Source: Oikopleura dioica (taxonomy: Eukaryota > Animalia > Chordata). Taken from it: a DNA stretch of 64,000 bases. The stretch's first letter is position 1. Each line of letters opens with the position of its first letter. The notes beneath the pieces were generated by a model. It saw only the letters and a list, made by a program, of their open reading frames with translations. It was not told the origin of the DNA and did no database searches. Made by a program: the position numbers and the translations under genes. Location: contig OU015567.1 of the NCBI GenBank assembly GCA_907165135.1, positions 310,001 through 374,000 of the forward strand, given 5' to 3'. This document shows, in pieces, positions 13,340-25,725 of this stretch.

Positions 13340-15703
13340 ATGATAGTTTTTCTTTTGCTTGCCCTAGCGCAGGCCGAAGTGATTTGCGATTACGATGAAC
13401 CATGTCTTAAAGCTTGCACGGATACTGTGTGCGAATACTACTGGAACATTGAAAACCGATTCTCTCAAACATGGCGGACAACGGATTTTGGCGAAAACCG
13501 AAGTTACCCTAAGGGAGCTCTGAGAGACTTTCCGATTCAGTGGAATAAAACAAAGAACAATTTCGACATTATCCAAGAAGGAATCAACGTCGACGTCAAC
13601 GAGGTTATTGACGAAAATGGAAATGTTCGAGATCCTCTTGACGATCTTGAGAATCTTCTGCTTCTGGACGGGCAGCGGATGCGCAAAGTGATCACAATCA
13701 ACGGCCAGATCCCGGGTCCAAACATCATTGTCAACAAAGGAGCACTTGTGAAGATTCACGTTAAGAGCACAATGCATGAAGAATCATGTGAGTATATCAA
13801 CGCTTATCACGTTTCGTTGACAATGCAACTTGTCTAGTTACTCTCCATTGGCACGGCTTGCATCAACTCGACAACTACTGGAATGACGGCGCTGCTATGG
13901 TCTCCCAATGTCCAATCGACGCTCATAACGAGTTTACATACGTCATGAGAGCTGAAAACAGCGGCACCCACTGGTACCACTCGCACTACATCATCCAGCG
14001 CGCTGACGGACTCCACGGAGCGTTCATCATTTTGGAAGAAGACGAAAAGGACGAAGAGATAAGCTGGATGCCACTGGTTGTGACGGACTGGTGGAACACC
14101 GATTCGACTTTTTTGGCTGGAAACGATCCGTACCGATATGGAAATACTCTTGGAAAGCGCATGACTGGTTCAGGGTTGAAAGCTTGCCGCACTGATGAAA
14201 AATCATTCATGACGGGCGTAAAAATGAGCACTTTTTGCGTTGACTCAATCGTCGCTAACGGAAGAGGCCAGTATCGAACAAACGAAGACGAGTTTGAATT
14301 CAGCGTCCTTGAAGAGTATCGCGTTTCGAAAACAACCACAAGGATTCAGCTCAAAACAATTCATGCTGGTTTCGAACATCCGATTCTGGTCCGAGCCGTG
14401 GACGGTCGAAAACTTACAATAACTGCTCAAGATGGTCGCCGAGTCCTTCCAGAAGAAGGCGATGGAATATTTATGGGCGTCGGAGAAACTCTGAATATTG
14501 AAGTCGACTTTCCTCTCGAAGAAGAATGGATAGAACTCATCGCTGAAGTCATGTTTGAAGGAATCGGAAAGAAGTCCGAATATCACGAAAAACCCTATGT
14601 CAAGATCACATTTTCCCGGGACGCTTCAGTGAGTCAATTTGAAATAAAAAAACAACTCGTCGCAGCATACCCAGAATCGAATGTAGTAGAGCCGTTCTCT
14701 TTTCACACAGAAAATGAGGTTTCGGAAAAAGTTCTTCTGAATTGTCCAGCAAAAACGATCGGAGATATGTCTTGCAAGACAGTTGTTGATTTTAAACGAG
14801 ATCCGAAATACGAGTCGCGTTTCGCAAATCCGCCACCTTCGATCGAAGAGAAGCCTGATCGAGTGATTGATGTAAATATGAATTTCGCAATTGGACCGGC
14901 AATCAATGGACTCGAGTTCAAATATCCAGAGACCCCGTTTTTCTTTGGTGTGGAAAATACCGAAAAAACGCAGTGCACAGCGGCGATGATCGCTGATGGA
15001 GGACATTGTACTCAGATTATTGAGGTGAAGAAGGGAGAGCTTGTTGAATTCAGGTGGAAAACTAATTTAAAAACAGATATATATATCTATTAATACAGAG
15101 TTACCGCAGCAGAACATCTCGAAAATATGGCCCGACGATGGCAGTGGACCTACCACGGAATTCATCTTCATGGATACGAATTCGTTGTCACCGACATTGG
15201 CTTTGGAGTTGCCAATCAAACAACTGGCTTTATCGAGCAAATCAACCCAGTTATTCATTGCAAAGATGATCAAATAAAATGCAATCGCGCAAAATTTGAC
15301 GACCAAATGCTCGAAAATATCCGTTCGGACCGGGATGATCATATTTTAAAGAATACTGTGATTGTTCCTGCGATGGGTTACGTCGTTTTTCGGTGAGAAA
15401 ATTGACAGTTACAATATGATTATTTTCAGCTTACGCGCGAATAATCCAGGAGTGTGGCCTTTCCATTGCCACCAACTTTTCCATAACTACGAAGGAATGG
15501 CAGTCGCCCTTTTCGTTAAAGATGAAGAAGAAAACAAGCCGTTTTCATACTTGCCAAAAGAGATGCCTCGCTGCCACAATTATCATCCAAAAGACATTGC
15601 GATCAACGAAGAGCCAATTCTCCGAACAAATTCAATGAACAAAACTCAGTTTTCTCCACTGCTATTTGCACTTACCGTCTTCCTTTTCCATTATATATAC
15701 TAA
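13340..15703 (+). CDS. Multicopper oxidase (laccase/ascorbate-oxidase-like), signal peptide and hydrophobic C-terminus (possible GPI anchor), 4 exons
   Basis: All four copper-binding motifs are present after splicing: TLHWHG, WYHSH, HGIHLHG and FHCHQLFHNYEGM. N-terminus MIVFLLLALAQA; C-terminus FSPLLFALTVFLFHYIY. Confidence 0.93.
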
Positions 15704-15781
15704 ATACAGAATATGCAACTAAAGCTTTTTTCTTTGTTGAATAAGGTTATAAGGTAAGTGACCCGATCTGAGCTCAGATCA

Positions 15782-15864
15782 GTGATTTTTTTTTTGAGAA
15801 TAGAAAGGGCTAAATCAGTCAAAAATACCAACTTTTATTTTTGCAAGAAATCGGAAGCAGTTGA
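15782..15864 (+). repeat. ~80-bp dispersed repeat, copy 2
   Basis: Near-identical to 10443-10522. Confidence 0.7.
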
Positions 15865-16651
15865 AGAAGGGAAAATAAAGTTTTATTTGATTTTGTCAAA
15901 AAAGTGATCGCAGCTGACAGTTTTACCACGGCGCTCCATATCCGGTTGTAAAACGTCGAATTTGCCAAAAGTTGAATCTCGGAAATTTCAGTTTTTCAAG
16001 CTCAAGTTGATCTCAAATTTGACATTTCCTCGAAAAAAAATTGGCAGAGAGAGAGAGACAAGAAAAATTGAAGTTGCGGAAATCGAAGAAAAGGAAAAGT
16101 ACGATTTATTGATTGAATCTTCGAACCTTTCGGGGATGGTTTTTAATAAATACCAGAGGCGCTAGTGCATCATTTTTCATGAGCATCATCATCTGATACC
16201 GCAGGTAAATAATGGGAAAGGTACTCACGACCGATATTTTTGGGAAATTTTCAAAGAAAATTTTTCACTACCGGCCTTTGATTTTTTCTGCGGTTTTTTG
16301 GCGGTCTACAGGTGAATGTTGCGGTTTGAGTATGAAACTGCTCGAATCTGCTCACGGCAGCATCAGAATTCCTCCCAATTCCTTTTTCTCAGACGTCTAC
16401 TTCTTTCTTATCAATTCCGTTCAATTAAAAACGCGGTACATAAGGAAAAGCATTCCAGAATCGGAGACAAATTAAAAGAGAAGCAAATGCTTACAGTAAA
16501 TTAGAGAGATTAGGGTCACGAGCGCTCAGGGAATACTTGTCAATCAAAGGAATTTATTCCAAGACTAGACAAATACAGATTTTCAAAACGATTAGCTTGC
16601 TAAAAGAAATCAAGAAGGAGAGAGAAAAAATATTCTGCATTCCGAATTTAA

Positions 16652-17433
16652 GGATATAGCCTTGAATATTGAACTTTCGTAGCGCCGAATCCCTGTTACG
16701 AATTCATTCATTTTTCAAATTAACCCTACCTAAAATTCATCGTAGATTTCGAAAATGACCTTATTATTAGTACTTTCTATGGTGTTTGTACCTAAAAATC
16801 GCCTTTAAAATAAAACAGACCATCGTTCTCTGAAAATTTCCATTAAAAAGGTAAATCTGGATTGATGATATGAAAGATTGAAGCCTTATCTCTAATCTCG
16901 CGGTGGATTTTGTAAAAATATTGAAGATTACGGCTTCTAGGAACTGGTTTTTGATTGTACTTCGAAAAGGAGAGTGGCGCGCGCAGCCAATGAGAGCGAG
17001 GGGAAAATCTCACTCAGCCATCGCTCATCCTATTTTACGCGAGAAATTTTGTCGACAGCTTGGACGAAATCTAACTGAGATTCTCCTCGCTCTGATTGGC
17101 AGCGCGCGCCACTCTCCATTTCGAAGTACAATCATAAACCAGTTAGTAGAAGCCATAATCTTCAATATTTTTACAGAATCCACCGCTAGATTGGAGATAA
17201 GGCTTCAATCTTTCATATCATCAATCCAGATTTACCTTTTAATGGAAATTTTCAGAGAACGACGGTCTGTTTTATTTTAAAGGCGATTTTTAGGTACAAA
17301 CACCATAGAAAGTACTAATAATAAGGTCATTTTCGAAATCTACGATGAATTTTAGGTAGGGTTAATTTGAAAAATGAATGAATTCGTAACAGGGATTCGG
17401 CGCTACGAAAGTTCAATATTCAAGGCTATATCC
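16652..17433. mobile_element. Non-autonomous foldback DNA transposon (782 bp), Kolobok-like termini
   Basis: About 350-bp near-perfect inverted arms, TTAA|GGATATAGCC ... GGCTATATCC|TTAA. A TTAA TSD with 5'-RR...YY-3' ends is the Kolobok signature. Confidence 0.8.
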
Positions 17434-18794
17434 TTAAGGGTGTCCCCAACGATTTTTTTGAAACAGGATCAACATATATAATGATGATTTTAACAAAATT
17501 TGAACCAAATTTTAGGGCTCTAATCGCTTGATTTTTTTCTCCAATTTCAGTCTTAACATAGTTCGATCTTTCAACAAGGCTCCCATGAGCTCAGATTGTG
17601 CACCGATAAGTAGGTTAATCCCCTTTTCCGGCGCCAAAGAGCAGGTGTTTTCGAGTTTTGACGCGCTCTTACAATAAGTAAAATTCATCGGATCTTTTTG
17701 AAAATGGTATCAGCAGAAAGGAAATTTTTCAAGCTTTCAGGAGATATATAATTTGCTATACTTAATTGTGAATTTCAAAATAGCCATTTTCACAGTGCAT
17801 TTCTATCGAAGGCTTATTCATTAGCGCGCTCATAGAAAAAGCTATATCTCGAGAAGTAGATAAGATATTGAAGATCTGAAAAAAGGTTCGGAATCGGAAT
17901 TTCCTAAATAAAGAGAAAAATTTGAGTCAACGAATTCGGCAGTCTCGGCCTCGATCGTTGGGGACACCCTTAACGAGATTTTCTCAAATTTGTCCTCAAT
18001 TTTTTTTGAACTTGTTCTTATTTACCTCCCCAGGGCGCAAAAGAACGGAAGCAATTATCCGCTGCAAAAAAGTTTTTTCAGCAGAGTTTGCTTGTTTCGT
18101 TTGCTTTGCGCGTAAAACTTGGCTTTGTCAATCTTTTTAAATTTGCGGTCTTCAATCATTCAAATTTCAGCGCTTTTTCCTGACTTTGAACTTTTCGGAA
18201 ATTACAACCGCGAAGACCTCATCGATCATCTTTTAATTTTCCCTCGTTTCTTGAGCTCAGAAACAGCTCATCATTTGTCAGAGAAAAAAAAACGGTCCTT
18301 CATAAAAATCAGAAAAAACAGGCTTGGGAAAAAGTACTGATCTCAGCAATTTAAAACGGCTTAAAAATTTGGCTGGGGCGCAGCAGCAGGTCGGCAGCGG
18401 AGTCAGTAGATTTGTGATTCAATTAGCTCAAAATGTGAAATGAATGTTAATTTAATTTTAAGCCGCCCTCGGTCAACTTTTCTTTTTTCAGAAAAAAGAG
18501 AGAGAGCCTTCACCGTCTTCAAGGGTATTTAGCATAAATCCATTTCATCGTGTCAGCAACGGACTTGAAATTGACGAAATGGTGAATTGACTTGTGATGA
18601 GATTCGCATCTGTTCAATTTTCTTACCCAAATCGATTCTTCAAGCTCCTGTCCACTGTTTCGCTCATTTTCCTGTCACTCACGTCCGGATCATCTTTTTT
18701 TCTCATTTTAGTCATTTTTTCAGAGTTCGAGAATCGCGCTTTTATGAAAGAGTAAAGAGAGAAAAAGATAGACGAGCAATCTTTTCGTTAAACG

Positions 18795-19859
18795 ATGCGA
18801 CTGTTTCTATTTCTAGCAGGTAATTCGTTACTTCCAAGAAAATTTGTCTACCAAACAACTGTTAGACGGTGCACTTTTGATGCTCTTTTCAGTCGCAGTT
18901 CAGGGCTACAGGGAGTCAAAAAGAACATACACTCCTTATGGTCATCACGTGGCTACTTCAGGAGAGTTCCAGAACTACCAAGGTACAGTTCTCTTCGTAA
19001 AATGGATTTTTGGGAAGGACACCCTTATTTCAGTTTCTGCAGGTCGAAGTATTCATCGTTCAAACACACAGAGACAGTACCGTTTCGCTCCAACAGAACC
19101 ATCAACGCGGTAATCTACGGTCTTAATAGTGCTTCCTCGTTTTTAATTTTTGATATTTCAGACAAAGAGGATCCAGTAATGGACGATGCAAAAGAGGTCC
19201 TCGCGGATTAATGGGCAAAACAGGACCTCTTGGGCCAAAAGGAGATCCTGGCGTCTGCAGCCCTGCTTCTTGCTCAAACAGTAACTCTGTCAGCTACAGT
19301 AATCAACAGTCACCTGAAGATGCTGGTCTAAAAGCTGCTTTTTCTGTCACGCTGTCCGGTGCTGCTTTTGATGACATCGGAGAAACAGTTTTATTCGGTA
19401 AAAAACTCAACAAGCTGAGTTAGTTTAATATCTGAATTTAAAGACACAATAGTCAGTGACGCGACGAATAATTATAATTCTCAAGAAGGCACTTTCACTG
19501 CAGCGTCATCAGGTAAACATAAAAAAGAGTGTTCTTCAGTACTCAGTAATTGCTTCTCAGGGTTCTATCATTTCGCCGCGTATGGAACTCAAGATGACAA
19601 AAATAAACCCCTTCACTTCTCAATCAAAAGAGGATATCTCAATCGCCAGTTTGATGATGTCCTCTGCTCTGCTCAATCCAATGGATCGTACGTACACCAC
19701 CAAATTTTCCATTCTCGAAATCCGTTCAGGTACCAAACAAGCTCATGCTCAACCACCGTCCAGCTCGAAAAGGGCCAGAAAGTCTACGTACAACTAGTCA
19801 AAGGAGACCTCTTTGCCAACCGATTTCACTACACTTCGTTCAACGGATTCCAACTTTAA
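18795..19859 (+). CDS. Secreted short-collagen + C1q-domain protein, multi-exon
   Basis: Signal-like MRLFLFLA; Gly-X-Y run GPRGLMGKTGPLGPKGDPG; gC1q motifs AAFSVTLS...GETVLF and CSTTVQLEKGQKVYVQLVKGDLFANRFHYTSFNGFQL*. Confidence 0.8.
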
Positions 19860-21842
19860 TACATTTCTCATTAAAAATTCTCCAACCGTCCATTTGCAGA
19901 TTATTACCGAGTAGATTTCGTCGAACAACATCACCAAAGACGCATTCATAATTGATTATTGATATGTCACTGAATGGATAAAAACTCAGGCAAAACGCAA
20001 TCTGGCATCATCGTAAAGAAACAGGAAAAAAAGCGACAGTAATATGAATTTTTTCGCGCTACAACTTCTCCTTCTGAATTTCGCAGGCGCAATGAGACTG
20101 TACAAAAGAGGAGGAAACTGTGCTAGATGCGACCTTGACGGTATTGGAACAAAATTTCTGTATCTTTTGAATCCCATAATTTAGCGGACAATGCGATATT
20201 TACAAAGTGGCAGAATATTCTGAGGAATATGAAAAGCGAATCTCCGGAAAGGACGAAAAAATTTTTAATTGATGTAAGATATATTATGAAAGGGCATACC
20301 TGGGGTTGCGCCAGTGGGAAAATGGACTTTTTTTGCACTTGACCTGGAGGGATGAAATTTTGTGGACATATTTCTGAGGTCCTTATCAAGAAAAAAATCA
20401 AAAAAAATTTTCGAAAAATTAAGGGTATAGGGGTCGAAAAATCGATTTTTTTATTTTTGCAAAATTAAGCCTGAGAAAACCTAGACTATCATTTTAAAAG
20501 CTCAAAAATGAATTTTTCGAGTCGAAAAAAGTCGAAGCGAGATAAAGAATCCGCAAATAAAGAAATTAAAATTTTAAAACATTCAAATAAAAACCATAAT
20601 AAAAAGAAAAACTTGAATAATTTGTATTTCCACCTCGAATGGGTGTGGGTGGGATTGGGGACATAACTGAGATTGATCACCGCAGAGTCCAACGCCGATC
20701 TCAAGCCCCTTAAATTTAAAAATCAAGGAACGGGGCTGAGACGGCCTTTTCTATACATTTTTGAGCATTATTTATTATATTTTTCCAAAGAAAGGCGATT
20801 TTCGGCCAAAACGGAAATTTTCAAATCGGCCGCATTTTCGTTGCCGGGCGTTACCGGACGAGATTAGAATGGATCTATAGAGAGCATCGTCTGAGCTTTC
20901 TTGTGGTGGTCTCCGTTTGGTTGTGGGTCGTTGTGGTTTCGAGTTATTCGACGAAATGTCCAAAATTCGTGGTATTTTTCCGAAAAAATCGCGATTTTAC
21001 CACCAAAATTCAAAAATTTCTAATTTTAACTATTTTTTATGAAATCTCCGCCAATTTTTATACATTGTCACGTGGTTTCAGAATTTTTTGAAAACAAACC
21101 ATTTTTGGCCAAAATCCCACCAGCGCAACCCCAGGCATACCATATTCGAGGGGGATTGAACGTATAAGCTAGGGTAGACATAAGTAGAGGGGCGTTGGTG
21201 AAAAGAACCCTCTCAACCTCCCCAATAGGGGGCCCTTACTGCCTATCAACATAGAGGATTTGCCCCCTCCCCTCAGCGTAGTATGGCCTAAAAATTCGGC
21301 CATCCTCATTTTACGTTAGTTTTAGTGGGGTTCCAAGGGGGCGAAGCTATGCCCCCTCAGTATGCGCCCTTAGAATCAATAAAAGTTTGTCCCGCCACAG
21401 CCGATCGAATACCTTGTCTGAGGATCACCTGCAACTGGATAAAATATCCATAATGAATCATAATTAATTATCTGTCCTTCAGTAACCAGAATAAAACACC
21501 AAAATGGTCAATCGATTATGAATTAATTAGCTTGCTAATTTACTCCCCATAAATTATGAAGATTATCTCCTTTACTCTAAAACAGTGTCATTTTCTGGCC
21601 TATTCAGGAGACATTCACGGATCAGGTCAAGAACGCATTGATCGAAATAAATTAGTTTATTGCTAAGGCTTCCCGGTAAAACAGTCATTTTGCATAAGAA
21701 ATAACATTGAACTTTGAACGGAAAAATAATCAATAATTGAAGTGTAAACGGAAATCGAGATTTTAAATAAATTAAACTAAATTAAGGTAAGTTGATTCAT
21801 GAAAATTGTCACATGTGTAAGTTGGTTTTTTTTTGGTTTGAA

Positions 21843-24405
21843 TTAGTCAGTCTTTTCTGGTTGCGGAAATTTCAGGTTTTCGATGGTCTTGGAAAGGGCA
21901 GCGAGTTCGGAGGTGTACTTCAAGTCGGAAGATTTTACAGTGTCAGAAAGCGCGGTCAGGGTAGAAGAAAGCTGCTTTATCGCCTTAATAAATGATTATA
22001 AAATATAAATGACAATATTCGGTGGAAAATCTTGACAAGATCCTTTGATAGCCTCTTTCATACCGTCTCAAATTCAGCTCGAAGCGGCGCAACATCGTCC
22101 TTGTTAACCTTCGACTGCTCAACTTCAAAAAGCGCCTGCTGGATGTCCTTCGCAAGTGATGCTATTTTTGCGACATCTTCAGCCTTTGCCGCGTTTTGAA
22201 GAGCACCGAGAAGGTTTTCTACAGTCTGTTTTTGTTCCTCTAACAAAATCATAACAAGTGAAAAAGAAGGATGGATATTCTTACTGATAGAATTTTCAAG
22301 AGCGGACAAATCAGAGGAAACGTCACTTTTGGCAATTTCGGCGGCGAGTTTCGCCGAGTCCTAAAACGCAAAATAAACAGATAGACAGAAATCAACAAGG
22401 AATATTTTTTTTATTCAACAGTTTTTTCCGCAGTTTTTTCTTCACGTTCATTTTTATCCTCTACCTGCTCAAGTTTTTTCTCAAGAGCAGCGAGCGACTC
22501 CTGGACTTTGAGAATTTGAGCTGCTTGGCCGTCGATTTTTTCAGTGTCGACGCCGGAAGTGGAGACGAGTTCATGGAGCTGGATCAGTTTTGAGGCAGTT
22601 TCGGTTTTGGCAGATTCGAGTTCGGATTGAAGCTCGCTCATTGACTGAAAATGGGATGAAAACTTACTTTCGTTAACGCGAAATTAACCTTTGTTCTAGC
22701 ATCATTTTCTTCGGAAGATTTTTCGACAGTTTCTTGCAGATCACCAAGTTTTTGTTCGAGCTAGTTAAAAAAAAGTGAAGTTAACAGTTTCAACTTTATA
22801 ATAAAAAGTCTATCGACGTGGTGTTCTTTTGCAATTTTGGGTAATTTAACTCTTACAAGTTCGATTGTATTTACGGCGTCGAGCATATCTTGCTCTAGCT
22901 TGCCAAATGCCTCGGCTTGTCTTTTCAGCTCTTCGTATTGATCAGACCATTTTGCCTCAATATCAGCTTTGAGAGAGACCTCGGTACTCTCAATGTCTTC
23001 ATTCAGCTCTTTTAGCTCGTCTTTAAGCTATTTCAAAAAGAATTTTCAATAAGATTTTTGACAGAAATTCAATTCTAGCACCCCTTTCAATCTTCAGCTA
23101 TCAAAAATTTCATCAAAATATGCCAAAAGCCACGTCGATCCCGAAAAAAGGAAACCTCTTTTTGTACCTTTTTCTTATAGACTTTCGCCCGTTTCAACAT
23201 TCCCTCAATGCTTTCTACAGTCATTGTCAAATACTGTCGCCGCTGGGGTATGTCCTTGTCGAATTTAATCCTCGACTTGATGATCAGCTCATCTCGAACT
23301 TCAAGAGCCCGCTCTCCCGCTTTTTTAAGTTGGTTTCGGAACTGATCATTTTGAAAAACTTTTGAACAAAAAAGTGAATCGACGGCTTTTGCTTATTTCG
23401 ATGAAAAATGGCCAAAAACACCAAAAGTAAAAAAGAACACCACTTCAATAAAATATTTCCAAGAAAAGGCTTATTTTTATTTCAAAAACAAAATACAAAT
23501 AACCAGCTTCCAAGTCAGTTATTTGCCAAACAAGGAAACAGCCTGGGCTCGACAACCTGTGTAGAAAACCTGAGTCAGGGTCTGAAAGTCTAGGAAATGT
23601 TATCTTGCAAAGCCGCTCTCAGACCCTGACTCAGGTTCGCACACAGGGTGTCGAGCTCAGGATTCAACTTTGATACCATGACGTACAATAGAAATCATGT
23701 CCTCATTGTCCAAAGCTCTTGTCTGTTGGACTTGAATTTGAAAATCGTAGTCTCTTTTCAACGAATTATGCCGCCTGCTTAGGTTCCCAACTGACTCGGT
23801 TAGGTTTTGTATTTGCTAAATTTTACAATATTCACAAAACATGCGAAATAAGCCGTCTTTCGGAAAAAATAAGCACCAATTTCTATTTACCAGGGCGTTT
23901 TTCTCGTGCGTGGCAGTGACTTCTTCTTGGAGTCGTTTGATGATTGAGTCTTTTGCTTCAAGACCTTCTTGCATTGAGGCGATTGTTGAGAGCGTTTTGG
24001 CATTGTCCGCTGAAAAATTGGTTAGTTGATGATAAAAAGGGTTAAGGGTAAGGGGACGGGCAGTACCTACTAGGGGTAGCCCCCTGGGTTGGGTTAAGGG
24101 TAAGGGGCTACCCGACTTATAGCCCCCTCAAAGAGAAATCTTGCTGTTATACCTTTCAACTGAGCAGCTAAGCCTCTGACAGCATCGAATTCCGCAGCTT
24201 GATCCTTCTTCAAAACATGGCATCCAGAACCGGCCAGGATTGCCGCGACAAAAACGACCGAGAAGAATCCCATCCTACAAATATTTCTTCTCCAGAATTC
24301 TCCCTTTTCACTTGAAACTTACCCTTGTTTCTGAAAAACAACCTCTTTTTCTGGCGCCTTCGCTTCGGCTTCGCCAGATGCTTTTCGCTTTCGAACTTCG
24401 CCCAT
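21843..24405 (-). CDS. Type II membrane coiled-coil protein, IKBIP/CKAP4-like, multi-exon; apparent frameshift near 24220
   Basis: MGEVRKRKASG start, TM segment GFFSVVFVAAILAGSG, then long heptad-rich exons (e.g. ORFs 22411-22641 and 22058-22309). The family assignment rests on architecture only. Confidence 0.55.
23542..23661. mobile_element. MITE, family 2 (CCTGAGTCAGG/CCTGACTCAGG arms), complete copy
   Basis: TIR cctgggctcgacaacctgtgt...cctgagtcaggg pairs with ccctgactcagg...acacagggtgtcgagctcagg. Related copies lie near 1710-1855, 33595-33935, 36016-36120, 37446-37556, 39400-39445, 40295-40445 and 42918-43030. Confidence 0.75.
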
Positions 24406-24844
24406 CGTTCTTTTTTATTTCACTCTTAAATTTTTGACTCTCTTAGAAATCAATGGTCAGAGACGCAATAAAAGTCCTTTTGCTAATCAATTAGTTTTTC
24501 TTTTCTTTGTTTGTTCTCGAAATCTCCGAGAAGAGGAGATATTTATTCTGACTTCAGCTGAGTCAGTAGCTCGACTGGCAAGTCAGGATTGGCCAAGCTG
24601 ATAGGGGAGGCTAAGGAATGACCGATAATTTACCGGCGGTTCACCGAGAACCCGGTTTTGTCAACAAAAACGGGTGGTTTGGCACCACGCACGCACCAAA
24701 TGATTAACTCTGACCTTTTGGGTAAAAACAGTATCAATTTTGATTGAAAATAAGAAGGAAGTTAGTGACAGATTTACTTGAGAATTAAGCCGGAAGAAAA
24801 TGACAAAGTTAAGCTAATAATAAAATCCAGTTTTTATATAATCT

Positions 24845-25665
24845 GGGCCAGGCTATTCTGAAAAGGTCATTACCCCAGTAAGTCAAACAAAAGGCGACTC
24901 CATCGTCAAATAAAAGACTCGCCTCATAATTCTATTTTCGAGGCTCAGAAATAGAGGCAACTTTGAAACATGCAGGTTTGAGATTAAAAATCATCACCTT
25001 GGCTGCTCGAAATCATCTATCTTTTTTCTAGGCAAACGAACCAGACGATGACTTCACTACTGTCAGTAATCATGCTGAAGAAATGGATGTTGATAACTGT
25101 TGATTGTGAAAACCAGACTGTAACTGTCTTGTAAGAATGAAGGCTTCTTTTTTACTTGACGAATAAAAAAATAACCGCTAAAAACACGGTTCTGTTTGAA
25201 ATTTCAAAGAAGGAAAGGAACTAAAAATGGAGCATGATTCGAAAACTATTTTCAAGTGACTTCATTCATAAGAAATTATTGTTTGACAGTTTTGATACTG
25301 CCGAAGCATCAAAAAGCTTTTTGACCCCTTATGTAATCAGACCATGGCTATTCTTAAAAGTTCATTACCTCAGTAAGTTTACAAAGAGACAATAAAAGAC
25401 AAATCCATCGTCAAACAAGCGCCTCCCCTCATAATTCTATTTTCGAGGCTCAAAAATAGAGATCTTAAAAGAATCATGCAGGTTTGATATTTAAACTCAC
25501 ACCAAAACCAACATTTTTTCAAGGCTGGAGACGGAGATGACGGACATTACACAAAGAATGACTACAGACATCAGAAAGATTTAGAGGGATGGTGATTCTT
25601 AAAGAAAACCAGTAACAGTCTTGTAAGAGAGAAGGCTTCTCTTTAATTTGACGAATAAAATAACT
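24845..25665 (+). repeat. Diverged tandem duplicate of a ~320-bp small spliced unit (24845-25170 and 25340-25665)
   Basis: Shared blocks: ggctattct..aaag.tcattacc.cagtaagt, tccatcgtcaaa, cctcataattctattttcgaggctca.aaatagag, catgcaggtttga, gtcttgtaaga..gaaggcttct...ttgacgaataaaa. Confidence 0.7.
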
Positions 25666-25725
25666 GATTGAAAAAGCGAAGTTCTGTTTATTGCGATTTG
25701 GAAAGAAGTTTGATTTGAAAAGAGG

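Noticed and set aside
13364-15342. Many antisense or alternative-frame ORFs over the oxidase, Zic, KDM3 and element genes
   Set aside because: They are shadow ORFs of real coding sequence with no motifs of their own.
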